Source: Promethearchaeota archaeon
Lineage (GTDB): Archaea > Asgardarchaeota > Lokiarchaeia > Sigyniarchaeales > SOKP01
Direction of reading: 5' to 3'
Length of the DNA stretch: 64,000 bases
NCBI GenBank assembly: GCA_019058445.1
Contig: JAHPZA010000009.1
Location: 480,001-544,000 of the forward strand
Position numbers and translations under genes: made by a program. Below, piece after piece: positions 1 to 10,207 of the stretch. The notes under the pieces were generated by a model. The model worked only from the letters and a program-made list of their open reading frames with translations. It was not told where the DNA came from and searched no databases. Positions within the stretch are counted from its first letter, which is position 1, and every line of letters starts with the position of its first letter.

Positions 1-781
1 AAGGTTTAAAAATATCGAGATCTATAAAGTAAAACTTGCTAAATCAGGTGATTATAGTTTATCGTTAAAGTCTCAAATACAAAATGAAATTGAGCATAAA
101 CTTGTTATACAAGGTGAGATTCGAAATAAAATATTCACACTTGAAATTACTCAATATAATGGAGTAAATAGACTTGAGTTTGTATTGAACTCTGAGTTAA
201 TAGAAGAAGTTATTGTTAAGCCCTCTTTCAAAATATTAAAATCTCTAATAAATTATCCATTTGGAATTGAAGAAACAAAAAGATCAAATATACAAACATT
301 AGACTTTCTATGGTTAATAGGAGAGAAAAAAAGCATTATTTATATCCAAAAGAATAGCCAACAGTTTATCATTAATCGAAATAACTTTCAAATCCTTAAT
401 TTATTAAAGAAAAAAGGAAGATATGAATTTTCAATATCATTACTCCATGATAAATATTTTGACTCTGCCTACCAGCAAGTAAATACATATAAATTTAGTT
501 TATTAGGTACAGCAATTCAAGGAAATCACGAATATATTAAAAAGACTGATTCATGGTTAAAAATAAATCCCCAAATTATCCTGATTAATCTATGGAGAAG
601 AGATAAACATTCTTTCCTAAGATTATTAAATCCTAGTAATGAAATAAAGGAATTTACGATACAAGGGTCCTTGATTGATAAGAATATAAAAGAATTAGAT
701 CTCAACTATAAAGTGAAAAAAGAATTAAGAAAAAATACATCAGTAATAAATGCCTGGAAAATACAAAATTTACAATTTTAA
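1..781 (+). CDS. 5'-truncated CDS, probable glycoside hydrolase family 38 (alpha-mannosidase)-like C-terminal domain
   Basis: Frame is open from position 2 to the stop at 781, so the gene starts before the window. The C-terminal 'ILINLWRR..FLRLLNPS...NAWKIQ' pattern resembles GH38 C-terminal beta domains; sugar-gene context. Confidence 0.45.
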   Translation, partial: RFKNIEIYKVKLAKSGDYSLSLKSQIQNEIEHKLVIQGEIRNKIFTLEITQYNGVNRLEFVLNSELIEEVIVKPSFKILKSLINYPFGIEETKRSNIQTLDFLWLIGEKKSIIYIQKNSQQFIINRNNFQILNLLKKKGRYEFSISLLHDKYFDSAYQQVNTYKFSLLGTAIQGNHEYIKKTDSWLKINPQIILINLWRRDKHSFLRLLNPSNEIKEFTIQGSLIDKNIKELDLNYKVKKELRKNTSVINAWKIQNLQF

Positions 782-813
782 AGGATTTTTCATGTTAAAA
801 ACACTCAAGAATT

Positions 814-1494
814 CTAAGGTAACTCTCTTTCTTTTTCAATATCGGTAGGATCGCGTCCTTTTTCAAGTTGTTCATACCACCATTTATCGGTAGAAATAAT
901 TTCTTTTGCCTTTTCCAAAACATCTTCAATTTTAGTTGAATCCACAATGACCACGCCATTTATATCACCAAATACAAGATCTCCGGGATTTATTGTTCTT
1001 ACGCCACATTTAATTGGTTGCATTACTGAATCCATATCAATAATCATTCGACTGCGAATTGAAGAACATATAATGCCTCTCGCAAAAATCGGAAATTTTA
1101 AATCGGTTACTTGTGGAATATCTCGTACTGGACCATCTACAAGACCACCTCTAAAGCCTAATCCTTGTAGAATTCTGCTAGTGCTCTGTCCTAAACCAGC
1201 TGCAATCATTTCTCCACTCATATCTATACATATGATTGGAAACTTTGGTACTATCTTGATAAACTTAACCATACGTGCTATCACATTCCGATCAAGTGGC
1301 TCGTCAGAGGGAACCATTTTCATAGTGCCTGCAAAACCTATCATTCTTGCACCGTTCCATATTGGCCTTATATCAGCGTCAATAAAACCTGGTTCCAAAC
1401 CTAGTTCATCAGTTGCATCAGATACAGCGCAAGAATAGAGTTTTGAATACTCTTCTAAAATTAATTCCATCTTTTTCTTATCCATGTTAAACAC
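814..1494 (-). CDS. RraA family / HMG-aldolase-like protein
   Basis: 'SCAVSDA', 'G.AGT', 'LVDGPVRD..', 'PGDLVFGDINGVV' motifs of the RraA/HMG aldolase family. Confidence 0.85.
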   Translation of the reverse strand: MFNMDKKKMELILEEYSKLYSCAVSDATDELGLEPGFIDADIRPIWNGARMIGFAGTMKMVPSDEPLDRNVIARMVKFIKIVPKFPIICIDMSGEMIAAGLGQSTSRILQGLGFRGGLVDGPVRDIPQVTDLKFPIFARGIICSSIRSRMIIDMDSVMQPIKCGVRTINPGDLVFGDINGVVIVDSTKIEDVLEKAKEIISTDKWWYEQLEKGRDPTDIEKERELP

Positions 1495-1725
1495 AAATTA
1501 GTAAACAATTGTAATAATATATAAAAAATTATTTTTGAAATGATATGATCATGAATTTTGTTAAAACTAATATATTTTATTAAAAAATTTTGATAAAATT
1601 TGTTTATTTTCTGTATAAATTCTACTATATCTTCTTTATAGTACTTTTCGTGAAAAATGTTAATGAATTACTTTTTCTCTACGGTATACTTCTTTAAATA
1701 GAATTTTATCTATTAAAACAATCGT

Positions 1726-3003
1726 ATGAAATTAGTCTATAAGTTCAGAATATCGAAGAATAAGCATCTGGATACACTCTGTTCAATTTCTAAAAAGCTA
1801 TATAATCAAGCAAATTGGTATATACGCCAAGATTTTTTTCATTTGGGCAATTGGCTTCGATATGAAGATTTAAATTTCATTCTTAAAGGATCCTATCATT
1901 ACAAGTTATTGAAAGCTCAGACGTCACAACAAGTTCTTATTGTCTTAGATAAAAACTGGAAAAGCTTTTTTAATGCGATAAAAGTGTGGAAAAAAGATAA
2001 GAAAAAATTCAAGGGAATACCAAGACCTCCTAAATATAAAAAGGACTGTAATAACTTGTTAATCTTTACCAACCAGAATAGCCAGATTAAAGGCAATATT
2101 ATAAGACTTACTATGTCTAAAATGTTTAAAGAGAAATATCCCGAATTTAAAGACCTAATAGAAATAACAGTTCCCCCATACAAAAAGAAAAGTTTTGAAA
2201 CTTATCAACAGATTCGGATTTTACCGCGAAAACGATTTTATGAAATTGAAATCGTATATAAAAAAGAAGTGAAGAAAGCTGAGTTAAACCAAGAGTTATA
2301 CTTATCTATGGATTTTGGATTGAATAATTTAATAACTACCGTTGAAAATCGAAATGTTAAACCAATTATTATCTCGGGTAAGATATTAAAATCAATTAAT
2401 CGACAATGGAATAAGCGAAAAGCAAGACTTTATTCTATAAAAGACAAGCAAAACCTCAATTGGACGGAGCAACTTGATAAGATCACCACAACGAGAAATG
2501 CTATTATGAAAGATTATTTACACAAGACCGCTCAATTGATGGTTGGGTACTGTTTAAAAAATAACATAGGGAATATTTGTTTAGGTAAATTAAAAAATAT
2601 AAAGCAAAATATTAGATTGGGCACACGAAATAACCAAAATTTCGTAAATCTCCCCATTCAAACACTTAAACAAATGATAATGTATAAAGCTCAACTTGTA
2701 GGAATTACGGTTCATGAAGTCAATGAGTCGTACACTTCTAAATGCAGCTCATTAGATGTAGAAACTATCAAAAAACATAGTAGATATATGGGAAAACGGA
2801 TTAAACGAGGATTATTTCGAGGCTCAAATTATGTACTCAACGCAGATGTTAATGGGGCTTTAAATATCCTCAGAAAAGTAGTCGGAGATGGTTTTATCCA
2901 AAATCTATCCGATAGGGGCTGCTGGTTTCAGCCTGTGCGAATAAGGGACTTGTTCCAAACTTCACATGAACAATTTTTATTAAAAAATGAGGAAATTATC
3001 TAA
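1726..3003 (+). CDS. tnpB: RNA-guided endonuclease TnpB (IS200/IS605/IS607-associated), rearranged RuvC-II type
   Basis: RuvC-I 'SMDFGLNN', Gly at the usual RuvC-II position ('ICLGKL'), alternative Glu in 'VNESYTSK', RuvC-III 'NADVNGALNI'. Confidence 0.93.
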   Translation: MKLVYKFRISKNKHLDTLCSISKKLYNQANWYIRQDFFHLGNWLRYEDLNFILKGSYHYKLLKAQTSQQVLIVLDKNWKSFFNAIKVWKKDKKKFKGIPRPPKYKKDCNNLLIFTNQNSQIKGNIIRLTMSKMFKEKYPEFKDLIEITVPPYKKKSFETYQQIRILPRKRFYEIEIVYKKEVKKAELNQELYLSMDFGLNNLITTVENRNVKPIIISGKILKSINRQWNKRKARLYSIKDKQNLNWTEQLDKITTTRNAIMKDYLHKTAQLMVGYCLKNNIGNICLGKLKNIKQNIRLGTRNNQNFVNLPIQTLKQMIMYKAQLVGITVHEVNESYTSKCSSLDVETIKKHSRYMGKRIKRGLFRGSNYVLNADVNGALNILRKVVGDGFIQNLSDRGCWFQPVRIRDLFQTSHEQFLLKNEEII

Positions 3004-3030
3004 TATTTTTAATAATTTTGATAACCTTAA
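2880..3030 (+). ncRNA. Putative omega/reRNA scaffold overlapping the tnpB 3' end; boundaries approximate
   Basis: Hairpins GGCTG-N7-CAGCC and TTGTTC-N12-GAACAA in the 3' part of tnpB. TnpB guide RNAs are known to derive from this position. Confidence 0.4.
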
Positions 3031-3086
3031 TTTGATTATAGCTTGAAAAATAGATAATGAGATTTTACTAAATAGAAGGCATTAAA

Positions 3087-4757
3087 ATGGATGATGAGAA
3101 AATCAATTTAAAGAGGAGAAGTAATACTATTTTTGAAGGTATTAAGAAGACACCTTTTAATTATGTTACTTTAGGTATAATTGAAAGTTTGGGTTTAGAA
3201 GATAAAGAAATTCATAGCAAACCATTTGTTGGTATAGTTAACACTTGGAATGAACTTAATCCAGGTCATAAGCACTTGAAAGATTTAGCCGAAGCTGTTA
3301 AATTAGGTGTAGCCGAAGCAGGGGGTATTCCATTCGAGTTCTGTACAGTGGGTCCATGTGATGGGTGGGCAAATGGCAATGAGGGAATGCGCCATATTTT
3401 ACCCCATAGAGAAGTGATTGCAGATTCAATTGAATTAATGGTAGAAGCGCATAGATTAGATGCTATTGTCACATTATCAGGTTGCGATAAGATCAACCCC
3501 GCGATTTTAATGGCTGCTGTAAGGTTAGACATTCCCACTATATGTGTGCCAGGAGGGCCTAGTTTTTATGAAATACGATTTACATCGGATTATGTCGGGA
3601 TTGAACAAAGCAATTATAGCGATTTTGATCATAAATTGAAATGTATAAGCTGTGCTACCTACGGAGCATGTGAGATTATGGGAACAGCAAATACCATTCA
3701 ATGTCTAATGGAAGCATTCGGAATGACATTACCTAACGCAGCTACAACTCCAGCAATGACAAGAATGAAATATTTAATCGCTAAAAATTCTGGAAAGCAA
3801 ATTATTGAGCTATTAAAGCAGGATCTAAGGCCATCTAAGATAATGACACAGAAGTCTTTCGAAAACGCTTTGATGGTTGATGTAGCAATTGGAGGATCTA
3901 CAAATTCCGCGCTTCATCTTCCAGCTATTGCGCATGAAATGGGCATAGAATTTGATTTAGAAATGTTCAATGAGTATAGCAAGAAGATTCCAACAATAGT
4001 GAATGTTGCTCCATCGGGAGATTATGGGATAGTAGATTTGTATAAAGCAGGGGGAATTCCTGCAGTACTTAACAGATTAAAGGAATATTTAAATTTGGAT
4101 TGTCTAACTGTGACTGGAAAACCTATTGGAAAGGTAATAAGAAAAATGAGTGTGTTAGATGAAAAAATAATTCGACCTTTAGAGGATCCTGTATATCCAG
4201 AAGGAGGAACAGTAGTATTAAAAGGTAATTTAGCACCTGAGGGTGCTGTGGTAAAACAATCCGCTATTAAAGATAAAAAAATGTTAGAATTTGAAGGACC
4301 TGCCTTATGTTTCAATTCTGAACAAGAAGTAATTGATGCGATATTTCAAAATAAGGTAGAGAATGGTTCAGTGTTAGTTATTAGATATGAAGGACCAAAG
4401 GGAGGTCCTGGAATGCCAGAATTATTGGCAGTAACCGCTACGCTTATGTTAAAACGTGATTTAGACCAAGTTGCATTAGTTACAGACGGACGATTTTCAG
4501 GTGCTACATCAGGACCATGTATTGGTCATGTGAGTCCCGAAGCGTATGTAGGTGGTCCTATAGCTATAATAGAAAATGGTGATCGAGTAATTATTGATAT
4601 AGCTCAGAAAAAACTTGAAGTTGATCTTTCAGATAATGAAATCTCAGGTCGCTTCAAAAATTGGACGCCAGTCGAAAAGGTTATCAAAAGCAGAGCTCTT
4701 TTAAAATATAGGAATCTTGTCTCCTCTGCAGCGGAAGGAGCAATATTTAAATTTTAA
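3087..4757 (+). CDS. ilvD: Dihydroxy-acid dehydratase, IlvD/Edd family (possibly a sugar-acid dehydratase)
   Basis: 'CDG', 'GCDKINP', 'GTANT', 'GGSTN', 'GPKGGPGMPE', 'TDGRFSG' signature motifs. Confidence 0.93.
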   Translation: MDDEKINLKRRSNTIFEGIKKTPFNYVTLGIIESLGLEDKEIHSKPFVGIVNTWNELNPGHKHLKDLAEAVKLGVAEAGGIPFEFCTVGPCDGWANGNEGMRHILPHREVIADSIELMVEAHRLDAIVTLSGCDKINPAILMAAVRLDIPTICVPGGPSFYEIRFTSDYVGIEQSNYSDFDHKLKCISCATYGACEIMGTANTIQCLMEAFGMTLPNAATTPAMTRMKYLIAKNSGKQIIELLKQDLRPSKIMTQKSFENALMVDVAIGGSTNSALHLPAIAHEMGIEFDLEMFNEYSKKIPTIVNVAPSGDYGIVDLYKAGGIPAVLNRLKEYLNLDCLTVTGKPIGKVIRKMSVLDEKIIRPLEDPVYPEGGTVVLKGNLAPEGAVVKQSAIKDKKMLEFEGPALCFNSEQEVIDAIFQNKVENGSVLVIRYEGPKGGPGMPELLAVTATLMLKRDLDQVALVTDGRFSGATSGPCIGHVSPEAYVGGPIAIIENGDRVIIDIAQKKLEVDLSDNEISGRFKNWTPVEKVIKSRALLKYRNLVSSAAEGAIFKF

Positions 4758-4799
4758 ATTGTTTTTAAGATAATTTATAAAGAAAAGAATGTATGTATC

Positions 4800-5696
4800 A
4801 TGAAATCGTTTAAAACTAAGCCAAGTAAATTAAAATTCTATGCAGATGTTTATGTCTGGTTCCCCAATGGTCGAATCCAAAAGGTTTCACCTGGAGATGG
4901 AATCTATTACCAGCCTTGTATTCATCCAGAAGGAACTCATGTAGTATTCAGCGGAAATTCTTTGGGTGCTCCTCGCGTATGGAAAGTAGACTTTAAGACC
5001 TATAAACTTTTACCTCTTACACCCCTAAATTCAGGAGCTCGCCACCCTGTTTTTTCATGGGATGGTAAAAGAATAATTTTTTCCTCAGATCGCAGTTATG
5101 ATCAGGATGCAGAATGCGTAGAGGATATGGATGATAATGGTCTTCCACCAAGTGATCATATACTTAATCTTTTTACAATGGATCCAGATGGTAACAATGT
5201 TAAACAGATAACTACAGGTTCGTTCCAAGACCAACGGCCATGTATTAGTCCAGATGGTAAAAATGTAGCATTTGTTTCTAATCGAGGTAATTTTTTTCCT
5301 AGTTTGTGGGTCGTTCCAATTGATGGCAGCACTAAACCACGTCCACTGTTAAAGAAAGGAGGTGGATACAGACCATGGTATTCTGTGGATGGTAAATCAA
5401 TATTTTTCTTTACAATAATTGGAAAACGTCATCAAATATGCAGAATTCCTGCCAATGGTGGAGAATTAGTTCCATTAGCAAATGATGATGTCGGGCGAAG
5501 TCATGGGCCTTTTGCTGATCCGAGTGGTGAGTGCCTATTAATGCATTCTACGCGAGGAGGTAAATATGGGATATGGGAGCTTCCTTTGAATGGAGATCCC
5601 CCACATGTTCTACATCCACCTGGAATTGAAAGCGCAACTCATCCAACACGTTCAAAAAATGGTATTATAACATTTGATGTAGTGAGATCTGTCTAA
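4800..5696 (+). CDS. TolB-like PD40 beta-propeller protein
   Basis: Repeated 'P.FS.DGK.I.F.S.R'-type PD40 units. Confidence 0.85.
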   Translation: MKSFKTKPSKLKFYADVYVWFPNGRIQKVSPGDGIYYQPCIHPEGTHVVFSGNSLGAPRVWKVDFKTYKLLPLTPLNSGARHPVFSWDGKRIIFSSDRSYDQDAECVEDMDDNGLPPSDHILNLFTMDPDGNNVKQITTGSFQDQRPCISPDGKNVAFVSNRGNFFPSLWVVPIDGSTKPRPLLKKGGGYRPWYSVDGKSIFFFTIIGKRHQICRIPANGGELVPLANDDVGRSHGPFADPSGECLLMHSTRGGKYGIWELPLNGDPPHVLHPPGIESATHPTRSKNGIITFDVVRSV

Positions 5697-5716
5697 AATA
5701 AGATCAATCAAATAAG

Positions 5717-5781
5717 AAAAGAAGATATAAATTAAGATCTCCTTTTACTTTAATAATTCTATTGTATCTAATTAATAATGA
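5717..5781 (+). repeat. 65-bp intergenic direct repeat, copy 1 (copy 2 at 10143-10207), with internal inverted repeat
   Basis: 59/65 identical to 10143-10207 by manual alignment; AAAAGAAGAT..ATCTCCTTTT stem. Confidence 0.85.
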
Positions 5782-5785
5782 TATA

Positions 5786-5899
5786 ATGGCTCGATTAAAT
5801 AAATGGACAGGTTTTGAAAAGATAACAAAAAATAAGACTCTCTTAAAGTTCAGAGCATTAGTGACTTCAGCTGCCAAAGGTATTATATTAAAATTCTAA
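5786..5899 (+). pseudogene. Remnant of an ilvD-family 3' end (37 aa)
   Basis: MARLNKWTGFEKITKNKTLLKFRALVTSAAKGIILKF* aligns with the C-terminus of the 3087-4757 protein (SGRFKNWTPVEKVIKSRALLKYRNLVSSAAEGAIFKF*). Confidence 0.8.
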
Positions 5900-5910
5900 T
5901 ATTTTTTTCA

Positions 5911-8343
5911 CTATGTTGTCAATATAAGTTCCTTTTGTTCTGATTTTTTAATTATTACTTCAAAATTTTTATTTTCCCAATTTTCTGAATTTATCCAATA
6001 AAATGTAAAGATTATTTTAGTGCCCTCAGCAAGTTTACCAGTAGGTAGATCACCATAATGAATTCCTAATTCTGAATCAATTGTTTTTAGCTCATGACTT
6101 GAAACCCAATCATCTATTGTCCAGTGAATTATTGCTGGTGATAATAATTCAATTCTTAACTGTTTACCAAACGCAATCTGGTGGCTTTTATGATTATAAC
6201 TCCATTTTGAAATATTTGATGAGATATCACCTATAACATAACGTTTAAATGTTTGATTAGGCATGTCAAAAACACTTCCTTTATGGATTGAATGTAATAA
6301 TTTTATATATTCAGCATGGGCCCATACCAAGGGCATAGCAGATCCTGTTGGATGCCCATTTAAGAGATCTTTTTCAGGTATATCTTCTGAATCCCAGATT
6401 TGCTCTGGAATTAAACCTCCAGGACCCGTTTGCCTTTCCATTACTTTACATAGGAATTTTGCTTCTGATATATTTCCTCTTGCTAATTCATAATGTGCAC
6501 GTTCTCCTACTAATAAAGGCCAACCTCGACCAATCCCCGTACCATCAAAAGGATCACCATTTTCATGCTCACCATACCCATCTTGATTATAACGATACCA
6601 AACAGGACCAGTTTTTGTTTCTGTTTTTAATAAAGAATCAATGACTTTAACGGTATTAATAATGCGTGGATCATCAGCACTTCGTAATCCAAATCTTACT
6701 AACGCTAATGCATCAGGGCTAACGATATATTCAAACAAAGCTTTATTTTGGCTGGGTGGTTTATTTTTAATTGGAACATAACCATTTATTGGTGATGCAG
6801 CATCTGCTACATTTTTAGGGCCGATTCTGACATAGTAACCCTCGATATTTAATTTTTTTGAAATTTTAGTATTTTTGATATAAGTCCATTGATCAATTTT
6901 AGAATTCCACATATCTGCAGTTTCGGTTAAGAATTTTGCAATTTTATGTTCCCCAGCTTCTTCAGCAAATTCAGCAGCAGCTAAAAGGGCTGCTATTTCA
7001 ACAGCAAGAGTGAAAGGGGAATATCCTGCATCCTCCTCCCAACGGTCTTCCTGAGACACAGGACCATTACATACCAAGAAGCTTGCTGCTTGTTTCACCA
7101 TGGGCCATATGTCTAAATCATATAATTCATTATTTTGCTTAAGAACATTAGCAAGCAATATAGGAAAAGCCGTCTCATCCATTTGTATTCCTTGCCAATA
7201 ACTTGTTCCATCAAGCCACATATTTTGAGGCCAATGTCCATCTACTTCTTGAGTACTCATAAGATAGAGGAGAACCTGGCGTGCAGAAGAAAAATCTCCA
7301 GCGGCTAATAAACCCCCAGCAGTCTCAACCAAGTCTCGTGGCCATATTAAGTGATAACCTCCCAAATCATTATCTCCTTTTGAAAAACCCCATGGTATTG
7401 AAAGACTCGCAATTATACCATCACTAAAACGCTTATCCATATGCGTTTTAAGAACTGAAGTGCTAATCCGATATATATCAATTTCTTTTTCACTTAAACT
7501 TCTTAAATTTAAACACTTCTTTTGGAATTTTTCCCAAGAATTTTTAAATTCAGATAACTGTTGGTCAAAGTTTTTGATTAATGCTGTGCGTGCTAATTGT
7601 CCTGCTTCTGCAGCATTATTTCCAAAAGCTAAAACTATAATAAATTCGCCCTTTGAAATTGAAAGATCAATTTCACCAGTTAGAGCAATATTTCCATCAA
7701 TAGCCTTGGAATAACATTTAGTTAATTTTTTATTTTTACTGATATCTTGCCATCCATCACTAAAACCAACATAACCACAACTCATATTAATAAAAGGTAT
7801 TGAACAAGCAAGCGCAAGAGATATATCATCGCGTTGAGCAAACAACATTGGGATCCCCTTATAATCACCTATCCAGCCATTATTACCAAAACCACAATTT
7901 TTAATATGAGGTGTTAAAATTACATATAAATGATAATTACTTAATATCCCTTTAAGAGGCTTAAATTGGGCTTTTTGGATTAATACTTCCCTCCTTGGAT
8001 CAGTCAAGATAGTTTTTCTAATTTCATATATACCATTTTTTGATTTATTAGTAATATTAAATGCTGGAACACCTTGTTTTACTGGTAAAATTTGATGTGT
8101 GCAGTGTTTTTTCTCCTCTTCAAAAATTTCTGTTTCACTTGAGATGAGAAACTGCATATCTTTAATATTTGCTTGATCTATTCTTGGATAATAAATTTCA
8201 TTGATAATTCCTTTTGAAATTGTAAACCAGAGTCTATTACCTATTGAATTGGCAGTGCCTACTCCATCTTTAGCGCTTATACTCCAATTAGGATTTACTC
8301 CTGGATTACCTGGGGGATTATTATCAATTTTTAATTTTTCCAT
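5911..8343 (-). CDS. Glucan 1,4-alpha-glucosidase / glucoamylase (GH15) with glucodextranase-like N-terminal domain
   Basis: 'WPRDLVE', 'QMDETAFP', 'DRWEED', 'RYNQDGYGE', 'PEQIWD', 'AMPLVWAHAEY'. Confidence 0.95.
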   Translation of the reverse strand: MEKLKIDNNPPGNPGVNPNWSISAKDGVGTANSIGNRLWFTISKGIINEIYYPRIDQANIKDMQFLISSETEIFEEEKKHCTHQILPVKQGVPAFNITNKSKNGIYEIRKTILTDPRREVLIQKAQFKPLKGILSNYHLYVILTPHIKNCGFGNNGWIGDYKGIPMLFAQRDDISLALACSIPFINMSCGYVGFSDGWQDISKNKKLTKCYSKAIDGNIALTGEIDLSISKGEFIIVLAFGNNAAEAGQLARTALIKNFDQQLSEFKNSWEKFQKKCLNLRSLSEKEIDIYRISTSVLKTHMDKRFSDGIIASLSIPWGFSKGDNDLGGYHLIWPRDLVETAGGLLAAGDFSSARQVLLYLMSTQEVDGHWPQNMWLDGTSYWQGIQMDETAFPILLANVLKQNNELYDLDIWPMVKQAASFLVCNGPVSQEDRWEEDAGYSPFTLAVEIAALLAAAEFAEEAGEHKIAKFLTETADMWNSKIDQWTYIKNTKISKKLNIEGYYVRIGPKNVADAASPINGYVPIKNKPPSQNKALFEYIVSPDALALVRFGLRSADDPRIINTVKVIDSLLKTETKTGPVWYRYNQDGYGEHENGDPFDGTGIGRGWPLLVGERAHYELARGNISEAKFLCKVMERQTGPGGLIPEQIWDSEDIPEKDLLNGHPTGSAMPLVWAHAEYIKLLHSIHKGSVFDMPNQTFKRYVIGDISSNISKWSYNHKSHQIAFGKQLRIELLSPAIIHWTIDDWVSSHELKTIDSELGIHYGDLPTGKLAEGTKIIFTFYWINSENWENKNFEVIIKKSEQKELILTT

Positions 8344-8354
8344 TTTTTATCACT

Positions 8355-9740
8355 TTATTTTCCTAATTCTAGTGGATGTTTTCCTTTCCGCCAATGTTCT
8401 TCAATTTCTTCTAAAGTTTGATTTTTAGTTTCTGGTACATAATAAAATGTAAAAAGAAATGCCAATATTCCCACTCCTCCATACAACCAAAATGTACCAG
8501 ACGCCCCTATGGATTGAATCAATAAAAGAAAAGTTAATGCAATTACCAAATTTGATCCCCAATTTACTTCAGTTACAATGCTCATTGCAGTTCCTCGTAT
8601 TTTTAATGGATATATCTCTGAGATTAATAACCAAAATACAGGCCCTAACCCAATAGCAAAGAACGCTACATAGAGCATGAGACTAATGGCAGCTAATGGT
8701 CCTATAAGAGATATAAGACTCGGTAAAAAGAAAATAATCCCAAGCAATATCAATGTCGCAGACATTCCAGCTAAACCAACCAAAAGTAAAGGTCGGCGTC
8801 CAACTCGGTCTAGTAATTTAATAGATACAATAGTCATTCCAACATTTACAAGTCCAACACCTATAGTCGCAATAATTGCTGCTGATGATGATTTGAATCC
8901 TGCATATTGAAAGATTATAGGAGCATAATATATTACAGTGTTAATACCTGTGACTTGTTGAAATATCGCTAAAGCTATACCAATTAGTAATGCAGGTTTA
9001 TTTTTTGGATTCAATAATTCAGATCTACCTCCTTTCTCTTGTTTTAAACTAGTTTGAATTTGACTTAATTCTACTTCAATATTTGAATTATTTCTTATAC
9101 GCTGCAATACTTTACGTCCGTCTGTTAAATCTCCATGATGGACTAACCATCTGGGACTTTCGGGGAGAAAAAACATACCTATTAGTAATATAGCAGCGGG
9201 AATCACAGCTAAACCAAACATATAACGCCATCCTTGAATTGGAGCTAGAGAATAATCAACTAAATAAGAAATTACGATTCCAATGGTTATAGCTAATTGA
9301 TTAAATGAGACTAATGCACCTCTAATATATGGGGGAGATGCTTCTGAGATATATAAAGGTGCTGTAAAAGACGCAATACCAATTGCAATACCAACAATAA
9401 TCCTCCCAAAAATTAAAAAGATTATATCTGGTGTTATGGCTGTAAAAATAGCACCAAAGATGAAAATAATGGCAGCAAAAATAATTACTTTCTTTCTACC
9501 GTAATTTTCTGCCATATAACCCCCTAAAAGTGCTCCTATAACAGCACCTATCAATACAGCACTAACTACTAATCCAGTTAAAAAGGGAGATAAATTAAAT
9601 TCTGATCTGATAAAAAGAATTGCCCCTGATATGACTCCTGTATCATATCCAAATAGCATACCACTTATTCCAGATATTGCTGCAATAAAATAAAGATATA
9701 TAGTAGTACTTTTTTCATTGGGAAGTGTATTACTTAGCAT
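8355..9740 (-). CDS. MFS sugar porter family transporter
   Basis: 'GYDTGVISGA', 'YGRKK', 'PESPRWL', 'QQVTGINTVIYY', 'PETK'. Confidence 0.96.
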   Translation of the reverse strand: MLSNTLPNEKSTTIYLYFIAAISGISGMLFGYDTGVISGAILFIRSEFNLSPFLTGLVVSAVLIGAVIGALLGGYMAENYGRKKVIIFAAIIFIFGAIFTAITPDIIFLIFGRIIVGIAIGIASFTAPLYISEASPPYIRGALVSFNQLAITIGIVISYLVDYSLAPIQGWRYMFGLAVIPAAILLIGMFFLPESPRWLVHHGDLTDGRKVLQRIRNNSNIEVELSQIQTSLKQEKGGRSELLNPKNKPALLIGIALAIFQQVTGINTVIYYAPIIFQYAGFKSSSAAIIATIGVGLVNVGMTIVSIKLLDRVGRRPLLLVGLAGMSATLILLGIIFFLPSLISLIGPLAAISLMLYVAFFAIGLGPVFWLLISEIYPLKIRGTAMSIVTEVNWGSNLVIALTFLLLIQSIGASGTFWLYGGVGILAFLFTFYYVPETKNQTLEEIEEHWRKGKHPLELGK

Positions 9741-9960
9741 TAAACACCACTTTTAATAATTTAATAACTTGATCTAAAATGAAATATACCAATTGGCATT
9801 AAAAAATGGTGGTTATAATTTATTAAAAAGTAATAATTAATTTTAAGATATTTTAGACTAAAACAAAATTTTAAAATTTAAATTGGAACATTTTTATTTT
9901 TCAAGTTAAGCTTTTCTGATTTCAATTAATTTCCTTAAATTCCTCCCAAATTTATGTTAG

Positions 9961-10128
9961 GTTTTAATAAATTCAACAAAAGTAAGAAGATATGGTATTT
10001 GGGAGTCTCAATTAAACGATAATCCACCATCTACATTAAAATCTCCTAAAATTAAAGTTGCAACTCATCCTACCTATTCGAAATCTGGTGATATCACATA
10101 TTATGTAAGGAATTCTATCTATTATTAA
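9961..10128 (+). pseudogene. Remnant of a PD40/TolB-like gene 3' end
   Basis: Start-less frame LINSTKVRRYGIWESQLNDNPPSTLKSPKIKVATHPTYSKSGDITYYVRNSIYY* aligns with the C-terminus of the 4800-5696 protein (LMHSTRGGKYGIWELPLNGDPPHVLHPPGIESATHPTRSKNGIITFDVVRSV*). Confidence 0.8.
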
Positions 10129-10142
10129 GAAAAACGATTTTT

Positions 10143-10207
10143 AAAAGAAGATATAAATTTTTATCTTCTTTTACTTTAATAATACTATTGGATCTAATTA
10201 ATAATGA
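10143..10207 (+). repeat. 65-bp intergenic direct repeat, copy 2, with a perfect 11-bp inverted repeat
   Basis: AAAAGAAGATA-N8-TATCTTCTTTT followed by a TTTAATAAT box; matches 5717-5781. Confidence 0.85.

Larger units (their letters stand above)
1620..3030 (+). mobile_element. Solo-tnpB (IS1341-like) non-autonomous element; ends approximate
   Basis: tnpB lies between divergent rraA-like and ilvD-like genes with no Y1 or serine transposase nearby. Confidence 0.55.

Noticed and set aside
1545-1600. Similarity between AT-rich tracts upstream and downstream of tnpB as element ends
   Set aside because: Low complexity and gapped; ends cannot be defined without other copies or an empty site.
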